Below, piece by piece: positions 40,469-50,800 of a stretch of DNA of 64,000 bases (position 1 is the first letter of the stretch; each line of letters starts with the position of its first letter). The notes under the pieces were generated by a model. It was given only the letters and a program-made list of their open reading frames with translations. It was not told the DNA's origin and made no database searches. The stretch covers positions 10,509,337 through 10,573,336 of the forward strand of contig CM082586.2 of assembly GCA_040954595.2 (NCBI GenBank). The letters run 5' to 3'. Position numbers and translations under genes: made by a program. The DNA comes from Balanoglossus misakiensis (lineage: Eukaryota > Animalia > Hemichordata).

Positions 40469-41520
40469 TGGCAATTCCTACGCAAGTTCTTGTTTCGGGA
40501 CGGAGAGGATGATACTGACAAGTGCCATGTTTTAACTGGTCAGAAGTGTCTGGACAACGGACAACGCCCAACCAGGTGTGTCTTTCGCTGAGCTGGACGT
40601 CCTTGGGGAGCCAACCGGACTGCAGACAGACGGGAGCCAGGTCCAAGCGTCAACGGCGAGGAAAATTCTCTGCAGAGTGCCAAGTGGTGAAGTCGCTGAA
40701 CTGTTACCGGCCGGAACTGTTTAGTGTGAAGTGTTCATCGCGGTATACAAGGTATTGTGTGTCCAGAACTTGACAGTGTTATTCCGTGCGAACTATAGAC
40801 AGTGCGCATAAATTCCGTCCGTGGCGCATAGTTTCCATCTGTGATAACTTCGGACTTGAACTTGTGGACTGGGTATTTTATTGCAAACGAACTTTCTGGT
40901 TATTCGCCGTAGAACCTGGTGTAACGTAATGTTTGTAAATTTTTCTTAGAAATTTCAATATTGTCTATATAATGCAATGTGGTCAAAGTAGTTTTGACTT
41001 TGATTTAATTGTTGAAGTGGGCTCCATGTGGATATAAACCCATGTTTTGTTGCCTTTAGCCTGCTTTAAAAAAAAAAAAAAAATTATTTTCTTTCAACAG
41101 TATATTTTGGTTAAGTGCTGAAGTATAAATTTTCTTTGTAAATTTCAGTTCATTATTTTCCAAACGACGTGAAAAAAAATTGTCAGCGCTTGTTGAAAAA
41201 AAAAAATATTAAGTTATAAGTTAAATATTGTATATTGACTTGAGTTAGTTTATTATTGTATTAGTTATTTAGTTGTTTCATTATTATTGAGACTGTCCAT
41301 GAATGGTCGTATTCATCCAAATCATACATTAGTCTCTATAGAACCTTTGGCAGTGTCTGTAAACTATTCTATGCTTAGTCCATTCCCTGTTAACGTATGT
41401 GCTATGCCAGTAGATACTGATATTAGTGTTAAGATTTTCCAGTGAAATAGCTTGCATTGCATCGTATTTAACGACACGTCAGAATCCTCCCAAATTGCCT
41501 TTCATTTTCTGGGGAAAAAA

Positions 41521-42945
41521 ATGGCTGTGTCCAAAATATCAATTCAAGAGCGAAGCATTTATGTGCAACACTTGCCTTTTGAATGTACAAAGAAACATTT
41601 TAGAGAATTTATCGAGTTACAGCTTGGTTTGGCCCAGGTTGATCAAATTTATATTTCTGATAAAGATTCCGCTTTTGTCATATTTGAGAATATAGAATCA
41701 GCCACAGCCGCTCTGCCAGTAATACATAAAAGCACTTTTGAAGAAAGCAAATTACGGGCAAGTCGTGTGACCACAGCCCGAGGGTTGGAACTGTGGCATT
41801 TAATTGAGGAAACCGAACAAAGTACTGGCCTAGATTACAATGAAACCAGTGATCCCAAGACATCCAAACCCAAAGCAGATGTACAGGAAATTATTAACAT
41901 GTTGAGTTTACTGTCTGAAGCAGATAGGAAAGCGGTTGCACAGGCCATATCACCTGCTCCACTGAAACCAATCGTATCAACCCCTATGCCACATCCGATT
42001 CCATTTCCAGCATTTCCAGTACCAACTTCAGTTGCAGATTCTTCACCATTTATTATGTCTTCACCTGCCCAAGCAGCTGCTGCACAGCCAGCCACAGCCA
42101 CTACTGCTTTTCACTCGGTGGAATTCCCAAGAATAGTCGTCTTCTCTGGCAAAGGTGATGTCACTTATGAAATGTGGCGATATGAAGTTCGAGCACTACA
42201 GAGGGAGAATGTGTTTCCGGAGACCATAATTATGCAGGCTGTTCGGAAATCCCTACGAGCGTCCGCTGCTGAAGTCCTACTACATATGGGAGAAGACATC
42301 ACAGTGTCCCGATTGATGGCGAAGATGAACATGGTCTTTGGGAAAGTATTGCCACCGGAAGCAGTTTTGGAAAAATTCTATACAGCACGACAAACGAAGA
42401 CAGAAAAGGTAGCAGAATGGGCCTGTCGCATCGAAGGACTTTTGGATGAACTCAGATCAGGTCAGTCCATCTCTAGTAATTCAGAAGAAACCATGCTTCG
42501 AACCAAATTCTTTTCTGGCCTGTCAGATGAGCACATTAAGAATGCAATCAGACACCGATATGATACGGGAGAAGATTATTCAGGATTGTTGCTAGCCGCA
42601 AGAAAGCTTGAAGTAAATAGGGAGACCACTACCAGGGTTCACCAAGCAACTGTTGCTGACAAGACGATGATAACCAAATTGGAGGAACTTACCAAAGGTC
42701 TGAAGAACTTAGCTGAGAAGGTTGCTGAACTAGAGAAGCGAACTTCAACATCATCAACTCCAGAGTCTACTTTTCGCCGACGTGTCAACAATGAAAATGG
42801 CCGGGATCGGCGTGGCAACGATGGAACTCGCCAACCCAAACAAGTTTTCCCAGGCAACTGCTTCAAGTGTGGTGAACATGGACACAAAAAGACAGACTGT
42901 CCTTTAAATGGGGAGCGACCAGGCATCCGGAGGGACATGCGCTAG
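41521..42945 (+). CDS. gag: Gag (474 aa): N-terminal RRM-like domain, Pro/Ala linker, PNMA-like capsid, coiled coil, CCHC zinc knuckle
   Basis: First ATG of the ORF is at 41521 (the track uses TTG 41452). Motifs IYVQHLP / AFVIFEN, FSGKGDVTYEMWRYEV...RKSLRASAAEVL, and CFKCGEHGHKKTDC. Confidence 0.93.
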   Translation: MAVSKISIQERSIYVQHLPFECTKKHFREFIELQLGLAQVDQIYISDKDSAFVIFENIESATAALPVIHKSTFEESKLRASRVTTARGLELWHLIEETEQSTGLDYNETSDPKTSKPKADVQEIINMLSLLSEADRKAVAQAISPAPLKPIVSTPMPHPIPFPAFPVPTSVADSSPFIMSSPAQAAAAQPATATTAFHSVEFPRIVVFSGKGDVTYEMWRYEVRALQRENVFPETIIMQAVRKSLRASAAEVLLHMGEDITVSRLMAKMNMVFGKVLPPEAVLEKFYTARQTKTEKVAEWACRIEGLLDELRSGQSISSNSEETMLRTKFFSGLSDEHIKNAIRHRYDTGEDYSGLLLAARKLEVNRETTTRVHQATVADKTMITKLEELTKGLKNLAEKVAELEKRTSTSSTPESTFRRRVNNENGRDRRGNDGTRQPKQVFPGNCFKCGEHGHKKTDCPLNGERPGIRRDMR

Positions 42946-42949
42946 GTCG
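42903..42949 (+). promoter_or_regulatory. -1 programmed ribosomal frameshift signal
   Basis: T TTA AAT heptamer in the gag frame (42903-42909), 6-nt spacer, then stem CGACC-AG-GCAT...ATGC-G-CT-A-GGTCG (42916-42949). The -1 frame is open from 42876 into pol. Confidence 0.8.
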
Positions 42950-45900
42950 GAACGGTAACAGTCCCTCTAATGTTATTGATTCTTTAATAGGCCACGCCAA
43001 TGAAACTGAGATTGTGCTGGAAGGATCCTCGTGTATTGCGCTGATAGACACCGGGTCCATGGTATCTACTGTTGCTGACACTTTTAACAGAGAGAAGCTA
43101 CAGAAACCAATTCATGACCTGAACAACTTGGTGAAGGTAGAAGGGGCTAGTGGTACAGAAGTTCCTTACCTTGGTTATATTGAAGTTGAAGTGAAATTCC
43201 CAGATAGCCATGGACAAGAGATGTCTAAAGATGTATTATTGCTTGTTGTTGAAGACACGGAATATAATCAGATGGTTCCAGTTGTGATAGGCACAAATGT
43301 TCTCCAACATTTTGTGGATGAAGATACACAGTACAGTACAGATCTATCCTCAGTATGGAGACTAGCATACCAAGCGACTATCCACCGGCAGAGGGCCGAA
43401 GGTAGGACATTTACAGTTACCACTACTAAACCCATAACCATTGGACCATACGAACGCACAGTCATCCATGGATTTTGCAGAGTGGACCTAAGAAATTGTC
43501 AATCAGTAGTTGTGGTGGAACCAGAAAATGACAGACTTTTACCTGGTGGTTTACTTGTTACTCCAGCCGTGTTGAAGTTAGAGCCTCGTGGTAATTCATG
43601 TCGAATCCCAGTAATGGTGACCAACTATGGAGCACGTGCTGTCACAGTTCCCCCTAAAAGCACCCTATGTAACATGAACTTAGCATCTAATGTCTCACAG
43701 CCTTTAGATCCATATGGAGATGATATTGATACAAACTCAGATGGGACCACCTCACCAAAAGTACCCGATTGGCTGATAAAAGACCTGGGATTACAAGAGG
43801 CAGATACAGAATTAACAGAAATCCAGAAAGACCAAGCCTTGGCTACCATTGGTAAATGGCAAACCGTGTTCTCTACAGGTGAGAGAGATTTGGGACACAC
43901 AACATTGGTAACACATTCGATAAAGTTAACGGATGAAACCCCCTTTAAAGATAAATACCGTCGAATCCCTATGGGTATGTACGAAGAATTGCAACAGTAC
44001 CTGCAAGATATGCTACAGAGTGGTGTGATTAGAGAATCAAACAGCCCGTGGTCCTCAAATGTTGTATGTGTCAGAAAACCTGATGGGAAGCTGAGGGTGT
44101 GTATTGATTATAGACGTCTCAACGCCAAAACCATTAAAGACGCTTACGCATTACCCCGGGTATTGGATACGCTTGATAACCTTAGTAACGCCGAGTGGTT
44201 TTCATCGCTTGATCTACGGTCTGGATATTACCAAGTAGAGATGGCGGAAGACGACAAAGCGAAGACAGCTTTCACGGTGGGAAACTTCGGCTTATTTGAA
44301 TTCAACCGTATGTCTATGGGTCTGACCAACGCACCTGCAACTTTCCAGCGTCTCATGGAGAAGTGTTTTGGAGAATTGGCGTTCAGAGAATGTTGTGTGT
44401 ATTTAGATGACATCATAGTATTTTCGAAGACTTTTGAAGACCACCTCAATAGATTGGAGCGGGTATTCCAGCGGCTGGCATCACATGGATTAAAGTTGAA
44501 GGCAACGAAATGTGTTTTATTCCAGAAGAAGGTGAAATATCTTGGACACGTGGTATCAGCCGACGGAATTACAACGGACCCAGACAAGGTAGCAGCTCTG
44601 AAGGAATGGCCAATACCCACTACTGTAACAGAACTGAGAAGATTTCTTGGATTTGCAGGGTATTACAGGAGATTTATCCAAAGCTACAGTAATATTGCCA
44701 AGCCACTTAACGACTTGCTGTGTGGACGTCAGTCAAGGAATAAGGCGGGAAATTTTGAAAAACTCCAGTGGGGACAACAGGAACAACAAGCTTTCGACAC
44801 TCTGAGGAAGAGCCTAATGTCGTCACCAATACTAGCCTTTGCTGACTACTCACTTCCATTTGAAATACATACTGATGCAAGTTCCACAGGTCTGGGAGCA
44901 GTGCTGTATCAACGCCAGAAAGGTATTCTCAGAGTAATTGCCTATGCAAGTAGAGGACTCACCAAGTCTGAAAGTAATTATCCAGCTCATAAATTAGAAT
45001 TTTTGGCACTGAAATGGGCCGTCACCAAGAAGTTCAACGACTACCTGTATGGAAGCAAATTCACGGTGCATACAGACAACAACCCTTTGACGTATGTGTT
45101 AACTTCTGCGAAACTGGATGCGGTGGGACACAGATGGTTGTCAGACTTGTCATTGTACGACTTCTCTATTGTTTACCGGAGTGGTAAGAAGAATATAGAG
45201 GCTGACGCTTTGTCTAAGATTCCATGGAATAGAGAGAATCCAGAGACGGAAACCAATCTGGGAGCCGATGTAGTCCAGGCGCTTTGTCGAGCAACAGAAG
45301 GTCCATACGTAACTTCATTCGGAATGGTAGCAGATGAGGACAGACCTGCAGTAGTTCAAGGTGGGGATGATGTGTTCTGGAAGACGGAGCAGTCCAAAGA
45401 TTCAACAATACGGTATGTGACTGATCAGCTTGAAAAGGACCACAAACCATTTATGAGAGATCATACAGGAGATATCAGACTACTTATACGAGATTGGAAA
45501 CGCCTTGTTCTGAAGAATGGAGTCCTATACAGGAAATGCTTCATCGATGATATACAATATTTGCAACTTGTCTTACCAGTACACCATAGAAAAGATGTCC
45601 TGGAGGAACTACATGATAAACTTGGACACTTTGGCCAAGATAAAACCCTGGATCTGGTACGACGAAGATTCTACTGGCCTAGGATGTCGATGGATGTTCA
45701 AAAGAAAGTGGAACATTGTTTACCATGCATTCGCAGGAAAAGTTCAACTTCCTTACCCAGAACTCCCTTGGTTAATATTCACACATCACAACCGATGGAA
45801 ATGGTGTGCATCGACTTTCTCCATATACCAACACCAGATCAAGGATATAGCAACATATTAGTGATGACGGACCATTTCACTCGATACGCTATAGCAGTAC

Positions 45901-47162
45901 CTACAAAGAACCAGTCTGCCAAAACAACTGCCAAAGCATTGTTTGAACATTTGATTTTGCATTATGGGTTCCCAGGACGATTACACAGTGACCAGGGGCG
46001 AAACTTTGAGTCGTCTACAATTCAGGAACTTTGCCGAATAGCAAATATTAAGAAGTCCAGGACCACTCCATACCACCCCCAGGGAAATGGAATGTGCGAA
46101 CGATTTAATAAGACGTTATTACAGATGCTTGGAACTATGAATGAAGACAACAAAACAAGATGGGCTTCACATGTCAATACGATGGTTCATGCCTATAATT
46201 CTACAAAGCATGAAAGCACCGGATATTCACCTTTCTTTTTGATGTTTGGTCGTGAACCAAGACTGCCTATAGATGTATCTGGACATGCAGACCAGACCAA
46301 CCTAGAATATGGTGGAACAGTTTCAGATTATGTGACGAAACTTGCCGAACGGTTGGATTACGCCTATAAAGTAGCAACGGAACGGTCTGTTAAGTCTGGT
46401 GAACGGCAGAAGAAGTCATATGATAGAAAAGTGAAGGTGGCCATAATACAACCTGGTGATACTGTGTTGGTGAAGAATACAGGACCTAAAGACAATTACA
46501 AATTGGCAGACCAATGGGAAAAGGATCCATATACAGTGATTTCACAGCCCATAGAAGACATTCCAGTATACGTGGTACAAAAACAAGTTAAGGGTGGAAG
46601 GAAGCGGACACTACATAGAAATTTGCTACTCCCAATACCAATAATTCCGGACGAACTGGATGACGATGTTAACACCAAGATGACGCAGCGTGATGTTAAG
46701 CAGAGTGTACCGGGTGTTATCAACGATGCTACCCAGGATGCAGTGGACGAAGAGGATGACGGCATTGGTAAATTGCAATTCGTGTCAACTATCAACTTGC
46801 CAACAGAACACAATGCTCTTAATCCTACTGCTGCAGAATTCATCCCATCCAGAAGAGAAAGTTCCCTGATGGACAACCCCACAGGTATGGTTAATCCGGA
46901 TGGACCTTCTCAAATACTTACCTCAGATTTCTCGAATCATATTTTGCAAAGTACGGATGGTTGGTCATCGAGCGATCCAGATGGTATCACTCCTGCTACA
47001 ACCAACATCAGTCCTGACTCCAGTAGTAGTACTCAACCTGAACCACGCTATCCTACACGACAGAGACGACCTCCAGATAGATATAGTCCCGAACAATGGA
47101 ATCTAAAACAGTTTGCTCATACGACTTTATCTTCTATACCATTTATTAATTGCCACTATTAA
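42903..47162 (+). CDS. pol: Pol: aspartic protease, dUTPase-like spacer, RT, RNase H, integrase (expressed as Gag-Pol fusion)
   Basis: LIDTGS (D at 43047), YLDD (44400-44411), TDASS RNase H, HDKLGH...CLPC zinc motif, IDF/SDQG/MCERFN DDE triad, WEKDPY (GPY/F-like) and C-terminal RQRRPPDRY. The start given is the inferred frameshift site; the track ORF is 43014-47162. Confidence 0.97.
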   Translation, partial: FKWGATRHPEGHALGRNGNSPSNVIDSLIGHANETEIVLEGSSCIALIDTGSMVSTVADTFNREKLQKPIHDLNNLVKVEGASGTEVPYLGYIEVEVKFPDSHGQEMSKDVLLLVVEDTEYNQMVPVVIGTNVLQHFVDEDTQYSTDLSSVWRLAYQATIHRQRAEGRTFTVTTTKPITIGPYERTVIHGFCRVDLRNCQSVVVVEPENDRLLPGGLLVTPAVLKLEPRGNSCRIPVMVTNYGARAVTVPPKSTLCNMNLASNVSQPLDPYGDDIDTNSDGTTSPKVPDWLIKDLGLQEADTELTEIQKDQALATIGKWQTVFSTGERDLGHTTLVTHSIKLTDETPFKDKYRRIPMGMYEELQQYLQDMLQSGVIRESNSPWSSNVVCVRKPDGKLRVCIDYRRLNAKTIKDAYALPRVLDTLDNLSNAEWFSSLDLRSGYYQVEMAEDDKAKTAFTVGNFGLFEFNRMSMGLTNAPATFQRLMEKCFGELAFRECCVYLDDIIVFSKTFEDHLNRLERVFQRLASHGLKLKATKCVLFQKKVKYLGHVVSADGITTDPDKVAALKEWPIPTTVTELRRFLGFAGYYRRFIQSYSNIAKPLNDLLCGRQSRNKAGNFEKLQWGQQEQQAFDTLRKSLMSSPILAFADYSLPFEIHTDASSTGLGAVLYQRQKGILRVIAYASRGLTKSESNYPAHKLEFLALKWAVTKKFNDYLYGSKFTVHTDNNPLTYVLTSAKLDAVGHRWLSDLSLYDFSIVYRSGKKNIEADALSKIPWNRENPETETNLGADVVQALCRATEGPYVTSFGMVADEDRPAVVQGGDDVFWKTEQSKDSTIRYVTDQLEKDHKPFMRDHTGDIRLLIRDWKRLVLKNGVLYRKCFIDDIQYLQLVLPVHHRKDVLEELHDKLGHFGQDKTLDLVRRRFYWPRMSMDVQKKVEHCLPCIRRKSSTSLPRTPLVNIHTSQPMEMVCIDFLHIPTPDQGYSNILVMTDHFTRYAIAVPTKNQSAKTTAKALFEHLILHYGFPGRLHSDQGRNFESSTIQELCRIANIKKSRTTPYHPQGNGMCERFNKTLLQMLGTMNEDNKTRWASHVNTMVHAYNSTKHESTGYSPFFLMFGREPRLPIDVSGHADQTNLEYGGTVSDYVTKLAERLDYAYKVATERSVKSGERQKKSYDRKVKVAIIQPGDTVLVKNTGPKDNYKLADQWEKDPYTVISQPIEDIPVYVVQKQVKGGRKRTLHRNLLLPIPIIPDELDDDVNTKMTQRDVKQSVPGVINDATQDAVDEEDDGIGKLQFVSTINLPTEHNALNPTAAEFIPSRRESSLMDNPTGMVNPDGPSQILTSDFSNHILQSTDGWSSSDPDGITPATTNISPDSSSSTQPEPRYPTRQRRPPDRYSPEQWNLKQFAHTTLSSIPFINCHY

Positions 47163-47190
47163 TCAAATATCTTTAACTTACTTTAAATGA

Positions 47191-47221
47191 CGAGGACGCC
47201 ATTTCTCCTCGCAGGGGTGCG
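47191..47221 (+). promoter_or_regulatory. Short, atypical polypurine tract preceded by a GAGGAC-motif hairpin
   Basis: CGAGGA-cgccatttc-TCCTCG, then CAGGGGTGCG immediately before the 3' LTR. Position fits a plus-strand primer. Confidence 0.55.
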
Positions 47222-47863
47222 TGTAACGGCCTTGTTGATCCATTGAATTTGTATACATGTATATCTGTATGTATGTTATACCTGTATCTTATAGTAATTA
47301 GTTATTCAATTATTCATATGACGTAATAGTACTTACCTTCAATTGGTTGATCTTAATTATATGCAAACCACCTGGAAGTTTCATTTGACCAATGAACACA
47401 AGCTAATCTGGCACTATGATGTAATTGCTGATATAAAAGGACATGGTGCATAAAATTGGTCAGTTCACCTCTGTAGCCAGACCGGCCACACACGTTGGAA
47501 CTGACATGTATTTGTTCCATTTCAGGTTAGTTTCCTTGTACCTTACCTGTTGCTTGAAGCTTTGTATTTTGGTGCATTCTACCGACTCATTTCAGCACAA
47601 GTAATTGGTGTCTTTAACTTGCGTCAATATTCCAATTGTATGTCTATATTTTTCACTTGCATGAATTTTGGTGTATTCTGTTGGAGGTGAACTCCCATAC
47701 ATGTGTGTAATTTAGCAGTTCACCTCTGTAGCCAGACCGGCCACACACGTTGGAACTGACATGTATTTGTTCCATTTCAGTTATTAAATGTAAGGCCTAT
47801 GTCTTTGTTACCCGTAACCTGTTTGGTGTGAATATGTTGGAATGAACGGCGACAACCGTGACA
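47222..47863 (+). repeat. 3' LTR (642 bp) with candidate poly(A) signal ATTAAA at 47783-47788
   Basis: Copy of the 5' LTR; ATTAAA followed by GT-rich sequence. Confidence 0.98.
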
Positions 47864-50800
47864 AAATTTTAGAACTATCTCTCGATCTACAGAGTCTAGT
47901 GGAAAACTTTATTATGCACATAGGCCTATCTATGTATTATGCGCATCACAACAGAAATCGGTAAATAAACGAGGCTGTATTTGGAAGCAACCATGTAAAT
48001 TTTACAACTATCCGTCGATCTACAGAGTCTGGTGGAAAACTTTCTTATGCGCATAGGCCTATTACGTGTTCTGCGCCTCACAACAGAAATCGGTAAATAA
48101 ACGAGGCTGTTTGGAAGCAACCATGTAAATTTTAGAACTATCCGTCGATCTACAGAGTCTAGTGGAAAAACGTTCATGTGCGCATAGGCCTATCATGTGT
48201 TATGCACATCACAACAGAATTTTGTAAACAAACGAGGCTTTGTTTGGAAGCAACAATGGAAATTTTAGAACTATCTGTCGATCTACGGAGTATAGTGGAA
48301 AACGTTCATATGCGCATAGGCCTATATATGTGTTCTGCGCATCACAACAGAATTTTGTAAACAATCGAGGATGTGTTTGGAAGCAATCATGGAAATTTTA
48401 GAACTATCCGTCGATCTACAGAGTCTAGTGGGAAACTTTCTTATGCGCATAGGCATATGTATGTGTTCAGCGCATCACAACAGAATTTTATAAATGAACG
48501 AGGCTGTGTTTGGAAACAACCATGGAAATTTTACAACTATCCGTCGATCTAAGGTGTCTGGTGGAAAACTTTCTTATGCGCATAGGCCTATTACGTGCTC
48601 TGCGCCTCACAACAGAATTCGGTAAATAAACGAGGCTGTTTGGAAGCAACCATGGAAATTTTAGAACTATCCGTCGATCTACAGAGTCTAGTGGAAAAAT
48701 GTCTTATGCGCATAGGCCTATCATGTGTTCTGCGCCTCACAACAGAAATCGGTAAATAAACGAGGCTGTTTGGAAGCAACCATGGACATTGTACAACTAT
48801 CTTTCGATCTACGGAGTATAGTGGAAAACGTTCATATGCGCATAGGCCTATATATGTGTTCTGCGCATCACAACAGAATTTTGTAAACAATCGAGGATGT
48901 GTTTGGAAGCAATCATGGAAATTTTAGAACTATCCGTCGATCTACAGAGTCTAGTGGGAAACTTTCTTATGCGCATAGGCATATGTATGTGTTCAGCGCA
49001 TCACAACAGAATTTTGTAAATGAACGAGGCTGTGTTTGGAAACAACCATGGAAATTTTAGAACTATCTCTCGATCTAAAGTTGAAAAGTTTCTTATGCGC
49101 ATAGGCCTATTACGTGTTCTGCGCCTCACAACAGAATTCGGTAAATAAACGAGGCTGTTTGGAAGCAACAATGGAAATTTTAGAACTATCCGTCGATCTA
49201 CAGAGTCTAGTGGAAAAATGTCTTATGCGCATAGGCCTATCATGTGTTCTGCGCCTCACAACAGAAATCGGTAAATAAACGAGGCTGTTTGGAAGCAACC
49301 ATGGAAATTGTACAACTATCCGTCGATCTACATAGTCTAGTGGAAAACGTTCTTATGCGCATAGGCCTATCTATGTGTTATGCGCATCACAACAGAAATC
49401 GGTAAATAAACGAGGCTGTATTTGGAAGCAATCATGAAATTTTACAACTATCCGTCGATCTACAGAGTCTGGTGGAAAACTTCCTTATGCGCATAGACCT
49501 ATTACGTGTTCTGCGCCTCACAACAGAATTCGGTAAATAAACGATGCTGTTTGGAAGCAACCATGGAAATTGTACAACTATCCGTCGATCTACAGAGTCT
49601 AGTGGAAAACGTTCTTATGCGCATAGGCCTATCTATGTGTTATGCGCATCACAACAGAAATCGGTAAATAAACGAGGCTGTGTTTGGAAGCAACCATGGA
49701 CATTTTAGAACTATCTCTCGATCTACAGAGTCTATAGTGGAAAACTTTCTTATGCACATAGGCCTATCTATGTGTTCTGCGCCTCACAACAGAAATCGGT
49801 AAATAAACGAGGCTGTTTAAAAGCAACCATGGAAATTTTACAGCTATCCGTCGATCTACAGAGTCTAGTGGAAACGTTCTTATGCGCATAGGCCTATATA
49901 TGTGTTCTGCGTATCACAACAGAATTTTGTAAACAAACGAGGCTGTGTTTGGAAGCAACCATGGACATTTTAGAACTATCTCTCGATCTACAGAGTCTAT
50001 AGTGGAAAACTTTCTTATGCACATATGCCTATCTATGTGTTCTGCGCCTCACAACAGAATTCGGTAAATAAACGAGGCTGTTTGGAAGCAACCATGGAAA
50101 TTTTACAACTATCCGTCGATCTACAGAGTCTAGTGGAAAACGTTATTATGCGCATAGGCCTATATATGTGTTCTGCGCATCACAACAGAATTTTGTAAAC
50201 AAACGAGGCTGTTTGGAAGCAACCATGGAAATTTTAAACTATCCGTCGATCTACAGAGTCTAGTGGAAAACGTTATTATGCGCATAGGCCTATATATGTG
50301 TTCTGCGCATCACAACAGAATTTTGTAAACAAACGAGGCTGTGTTTGGAAGCAACCATGGAAATTTTAGAACTATCTCTCGATCTACAGAGTCTAGTGGA
50401 AAACTTTATTATGCACATATGCCTATCTATGTGTTCTGCGCATCACAACAGAAATCGGTAAATAAACGAGGCTGTTTGGAAGCAACCATGGAAATTTTAC
50501 AACTATCCGTCGATCTACAGAGTCTGGTGGAAAACTTTCTTATGCGCATAGGCCTATTACGTGCTCTGCGCCTCACAACAGAATTCGGTAAATAAACGAG
50601 GCTGTTTGGAAGCAACCATGGAAATTTTAGAACTATCCGTCGATCTACAGAGTCTAGTGGAAAAATGTCTTATGCGCATAGGCCTATCATGTGTTCTGTG
50701 CCTCACAACAGAAATCGGTAAATAAACGAGGCTGTTTGGAAGCAACCATGGAAATTGTACAACTATCCGTCGATCTACAGAGTCTAGTGGAAAACGTTCT

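Larger units (their letters stand above)
39806..47863 (+). mobile_element. Intact Ty3/Gypsy LTR retrotransposon (8058 bp), PNMA-like Gag lineage
   Basis: TG...CA LTRs of 642 bp, 4-bp TSD AAAT (39802-39805; 47864-47867), PBS, uninterrupted gag and pol with PR-RT-RH-INT order. Confidence 0.98.

Noticed and set aside
41678-46882. Antisense and alternate-frame ORFs within gag/pol
   Set aside because: Short shadow ORFs with no motifs.
46700-47221. env gene or chromodomain in the Gypsy element
   Set aside because: Only 59 bp separate the pol stop from the 3' LTR, and the integrase tail lacks chromodomain aromatic-cage motifs.
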